Source: Picochlorum sp. SENEW3 (taxonomy: Eukaryota). Taken from it: DNA of 64,000 nt. Numbering within the stretch: the first letter of the stretch is position 1; each line of letters starts with the position of its first letter. Where the stretch lies: the NCBI GenBank assembly GCA_034226945.1, contig CP120457.1, positions 434,001-498,000 on the forward strand, in the 5' to 3' direction. The position numbers and the translations under genes were made by a program. The notes beneath the pieces were generated by a model, which searched no databases, was not told the origin of the DNA, and saw only the letters and a program-made list of their open reading frames with translations. Shown here piece by piece: positions 59,986 to 64,000 of the stretch.

Positions 59986-60940
59986 ACCGCAATGTTGTCA
60001 ATGAATAATGTGTATTCAATCCAGTCCCTACACCTAGTAGCAACTATATCCTAACGAGCTAACTCAAACATTGCTGAATGAAATAAAATATATATGCAGT
60101 GTGTGTTCTTGTGCTACGATATGGAATATCTCTTCGAGACAGAATGGAAGGGGGGGAATTCCGATGTGACCCCTCACTGGGTGTCTGTCCCCCCGAGAGT
60201 CTTGGGACGTGACACCCACCCATCCAAGCCCTGCTCTGATGGACACCGTCTTGGTCGAACCAACACACACCCCAACCCTGGGTGAATCCATCGCAAAGGA
60301 TCAACACATTGGTCTTCAATGCTCTTCATCCCTTGACTGCGATATATTTCACCCCCCACCCATCTCGGTATTTTGCCAGGTGGACCCCAACCCGACCTCC
60401 ACCTGGCAAGGGTACCCTCTCCGCCATGCTCCAGACAACCACGCACCTCACTCCCGACACTAGGGCCAGCCATGGCCATGTATTTCACGATATTATGTAT
60501 AAATCAGAATGATATCAGATCAAGCAGATGCTGCCTCGTGGAGGACAGGCACTTGCGTTTGAAATGCCCGTCTCTCGACCTCGCTCCCGTGCGTCTGTGC
60601 TGACGTGGGCACCGCAACCTATCGCTGAACAGGCTGTGCAATATATTTCTAAACTTCTATAAATCAACGAGTTTGGGTACTATCGGAGGATTGATGCTGG
60701 GAGGTTTTTGTCATGTTCCGAGAATGTGTCCAATCTAGAGTGGACCGATCCAGATGGATCGCCAATTAGTATCGGTACAGACCATGGTACGATGGGAGGA
60801 TGCAATCGATGCTATCTTCCACAGTAGTGTCCCATCAACGCATGATTTCATCGGAAGCATATGCACAGGTGTCGACGATGGGTGCAACACATGTGTGCCC
60901 TGCACAGGACATCCAGAATAATGCATAATTATACAATTAG

Positions 60941-62407
60941 ATGGTTGTGTTCAACTCATATGCGTCTGTGCCTGTGCAGCGAGCACGCGTCTTGTGTCGT
61001 ACGTCGTCTGTGGGATCCAGTGGTTCAACGGCACCACAAGAGCGCGAAAAACACGTGGATAATACGAGCTCTGCTCATTCGCAACGGGTAAATAATACCA
61101 TATATGAAAAGGGTTTATCGACAGCTACTGTGACAGTGGGTGATATATTGCGAGGAGGTCTGTCTCAACAGCAGCAGCAGAATGCCTCTGCTGCTGTTTC
61201 AACGTCTTCGCGGCAGGATGGGACCATGGATATCACGCGATCGTTACATGGATGGAAGAAATGGTCTGTGAATGTGTTTGGGAGTCATTTGAATCATGAT
61301 GCGAAGAGCCATGGGCGAGCTGCTCACGAGAGGCAGTGGAAGTTTCTGCGGGAGGCGAGAATGTGTTCCAGGAAGGATCCAGTGCCCCTTCTCAGAGCGA
61401 GCACTGGCTCATCTTCCGATGCGAGCGACACCGAGATGGATATGGCATCCAAGATGACACAAGTGTTGAGCTGGTTGTATATCGCAAAGGGGCGTGTTGT
61501 AGGGGATCAGCTTGAAGAGCTTGCTGGTAGGTATGCCTATGAGCGGATTCACGTGATTGATGTATCTGCGATGGAATCGACGGAGACTATTGCGGCGGGG
61601 GTGTGTTGGATGGGAGCTTCAAGACTTCCATCTGGCCCTGTATGTATAGCAGCGTATTTGAATCGACTGAAGCATCGGTTTACACAGCGGTATAATGATG
61701 GACATTCTATTGTCATTGTCACTTATGATGCCTCCACATCGTACATGACACTGCACTCTCTCGCGCTCTTCTTCTTCATGTATTGTGGAATGAATCAAAG
61801 GGATTCTCGTACCTTGGCGGCCACGTTTGTGGAAAAGCAAGTACCTCCTGCTACAATCATTGAATCTGGGGTGGAGGAATTGGCGCTTGTGGGATTGGGA
61901 TGGATCCAACGGGTGATTGTGGAATGGCCGTATTATGCCGCATCTGCGGTGAATATAGCCGGTGATATAGTCGGTGGGTGGCACGTGACCAAACGATTAC
62001 ATCGAGATGAAGCACACTCCAGATGGACGCTGCAACTGTGGGGATTGCCTCCTGGTAACTACTCATTCAAAATGATTGTTGATGGTGAATGGTGTGTTGA
62101 TCTCTCCAAACCGTCGACGGTAGATGAATGGGGAAATAGCAATAATACCGTGTCTGTTCTATCCTGCGCTGGAGCCTTGCCAGAAAGCCGTCTGCATGGC
62201 GATGGCATGGCAGTCTCACCAGCCATGCTGGAGGAGTACCCAGAGAGCACGACAACTGAAGGTGATGGTGATGATGGTAGTAGTGATAACGAGTTCAATC
62301 TGGATTTGAACCAAACAACGGATTCGTCGCATGTTTATTCGGCCGAAGAGAGGCTGAGATTGGCTCGATTTGGCGCAAGTATATTGTCCTACTATAAAAA
62401 AGTTTGA
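60941..62407 (+). CDS. Plastid CBM48/AMPK glycogen-binding protein with degenerate DSP-like domain
   Basis: W...ASAVNIAGD..GGW...LPPGNYSFKMIVDGEW...GNSNN. Transit-like N-terminus. Confidence 0.75.
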   Translation: MVVFNSYASVPVQRARVLCRTSSVGSSGSTAPQEREKHVDNTSSAHSQRVNNTIYEKGLSTATVTVGDILRGGLSQQQQQNASAAVSTSSRQDGTMDITRSLHGWKKWSVNVFGSHLNHDAKSHGRAAHERQWKFLREARMCSRKDPVPLLRASTGSSSDASDTEMDMASKMTQVLSWLYIAKGRVVGDQLEELAGRYAYERIHVIDVSAMESTETIAAGVCWMGASRLPSGPVCIAAYLNRLKHRFTQRYNDGHSIVIVTYDASTSYMTLHSLALFFFMYCGMNQRDSRTLAATFVEKQVPPATIIESGVEELALVGLGWIQRVIVEWPYYAASAVNIAGDIVGGWHVTKRLHRDEAHSRWTLQLWGLPPGNYSFKMIVDGEWCVDLSKPSTVDEWGNSNNTVSVLSCAGALPESRLHGDGMAVSPAMLEEYPESTTTEGDGDDGSSDNEFNLDLNQTTDSSHVYSAEERLRLARFGASILSYYKKV

Positions 62408-63167
62408 CCGATTTCCCATCCTGCATCTTCCGCTTCTTGATGATGGTAACCATGAATGTCTGGTTTAGTGTCGAATCCTTCTCTATTGGATTGCGCGTGG
62501 CTTCTGACACATCAGCGAAGAACCTTGGTTGGTGACTATAGAGCCTTGTTCACAAATACATGCCGATGCCCACCCAGTGCATTGTACAAGCCCTTCACCT
62601 ATGTAATAAAACCCTCCATCGAGTGCCACAGAAGGCACGTCATCTGTTGATCTGTTGGCCCGTCATGTTGCGTGGATCAAAACTGTAGACACTTCCAGAG
62701 TCTTCTATGCCTACCCACAGATCTCTTGATGAAGAGATCTCCCTATCCGGTAGATCTCTCTCCATCTACCTTTACTAGACCGAGTCAACAACATTCGTGA
62801 ATGCCATACTTCAGTGCCATACTCACCATATCCAATCTAATACATAGCTAAAAATTGAATTGAATTTTGCTTGAATACCTTTGTCTGGGTCATCCTGGTA
62901 TACTACAAGAGTCGTTGCGATTTCTGTACTCTTGAACCGTGCTTCAGACAAGGGTTTTTGACTATTGCAACAAAGCCAGACCAGAGAGCTACTGTGGCAA
63001 CCATATAGTATTCAAAATCAAATATTGGCAATATTTACAGCCATCGTATAGCTTGTCTGGAACCAGTTTGTACGTTGGAGAGGTACTGATCTTTTCCTGT
63101 CGGAACTGTCGAGCAAACCTCGGTATTCCTCCTACATATGCAACGTCGTGCTAAGAAAATGAATACT

Positions 63168-64000
63168 ATGATTTCGAAAACATTTTCCATTCAAAATAGA
63201 AGAGCGAGAACGGTGGGGACTGTGGTAGAAGCCACGGCCGAGGGACAAAGGAGTCGTTTGAGGTGGGCTTTTTTTTAATTCCTCTTCTATTGTCGCCAGT
63301 ATCTGACGCAGAGCATGCACTTTATTTGTACTGCAGGGGTTCAAAAATGAAAAATCATACACACTCGCCTGTTCTGGTACCCCAACAGCAACAGAATTAC
63401 CAGCAGAAGCAGGGTCTTTCGTCCCATGCTGCAGTTGGAGCATCTGCTGCGGGAATGACAAGCCCAGCAAATGTGGCGTACAATATTTTGAATAGGTATA
63501 GGGCATTGGTGCTTGATGCGAGTTATCGTCCTATTGACGTTATTAATTGGCAGAGGGCAATTTGTATGGAGTTGCTGCAGAAAGCTGATGTGTTGGAGTA
63601 TTATGATACCGCCATCAGCTCTGTGAGCGAGCAATTCTTCCTTCCTGCTGTGATGAGGGCGAGATGGTACGGTGGGAATGTTGGGAGATTTAGCAGAGTA
63701 CCGTTTAATAGAAGGAATGTGATGCTGAGGGATGGGCTGATGTGCCAGTATTGTGGAAAGACAAAGGATTTGACATTGGATCACGTGATTCCTCAGAGTA
63801 AAGGTGGTCCAAATACCTGGGAAAATCTCGTTACCGCGTGTTCTCCGTGTAATACACGCAAAGGAGACTCTACACTTCGAGAGCTGCGTTGGAAATTGAT
63901 GAAGAAACCAAGAGAGCCAAGCCCTTGGGATATGGGCATCATTCTCTCCGGGTTGGGTATCTCTGATGTGGAAAAAGTGCCAGCAGAATGGTCGAATTAT
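63168..64000 (+). CDS. HNH endonuclease-domain protein (plastid-type), truncated by window end
   Basis: Exon 63168-63262, intron to 63336. Then LVLDASYRPI...RRNVMLRDG..CQYCG...LTLDHVIPQSKGG..TWENLVTAC..CN..KG. Missing from the ORF track because there is no stop in the window. Confidence 0.88.

Noticed and set aside
59990..60930. Short ORFs between the RING-CH and CBM48 genes
   Set aside because: No recognisable protein; more likely a divergent promoter and long 5' UTRs.
63168..64000. HNH gene as a mobile or homing element
   Set aside because: It has a spliceosomal intron and a targeting-like N-terminus, matches a conserved plant/algal HNH family, and shows no terminal repeats.

Overview
Eukaryotic nuclear DNA from a very compact green-algal genome. 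It has about 44 genes in 64 kb, short GT-AG introns (about 50-100 nt), tiny intergenic gaps, TGTAA-type poly(A) signals and plastid- and mitochondrion-targeted products; Picochlorum-like Trebouxiophyceae is my inference. I saw no rRNA, tRNA, CRISPR array or clear transposon. Most genes are housekeeping. Highlights: (1) an in-frame splice at 44062-44153 joins an oxalate-CoA ligase (AAE3/PCS60 type) to an oxalyl-CoA decarboxylase/HACL1-type TPP enzyme, giving one 1114-aa protein for two consecutive steps of oxalate catabolism; the linker intron also holds a stop codon and a TGTAA signal that could produce a ligase-only isoform, and the protein starts with a myristoylation-like MGNSQSR. (2) A Ki-67-like protein (FHA, RVxF motif, six FMRFTP repeats, PHD). 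(3) A plastid-targeted beta-barrel resembling cyanobacterial SomA/OprB-type porins. (4) A 130-aa KEN/D-box/MR-tail protein resembling the OSD1/UVI4 APC/C inhibitors. All family calls come from motif recognition by eye, not database searches.
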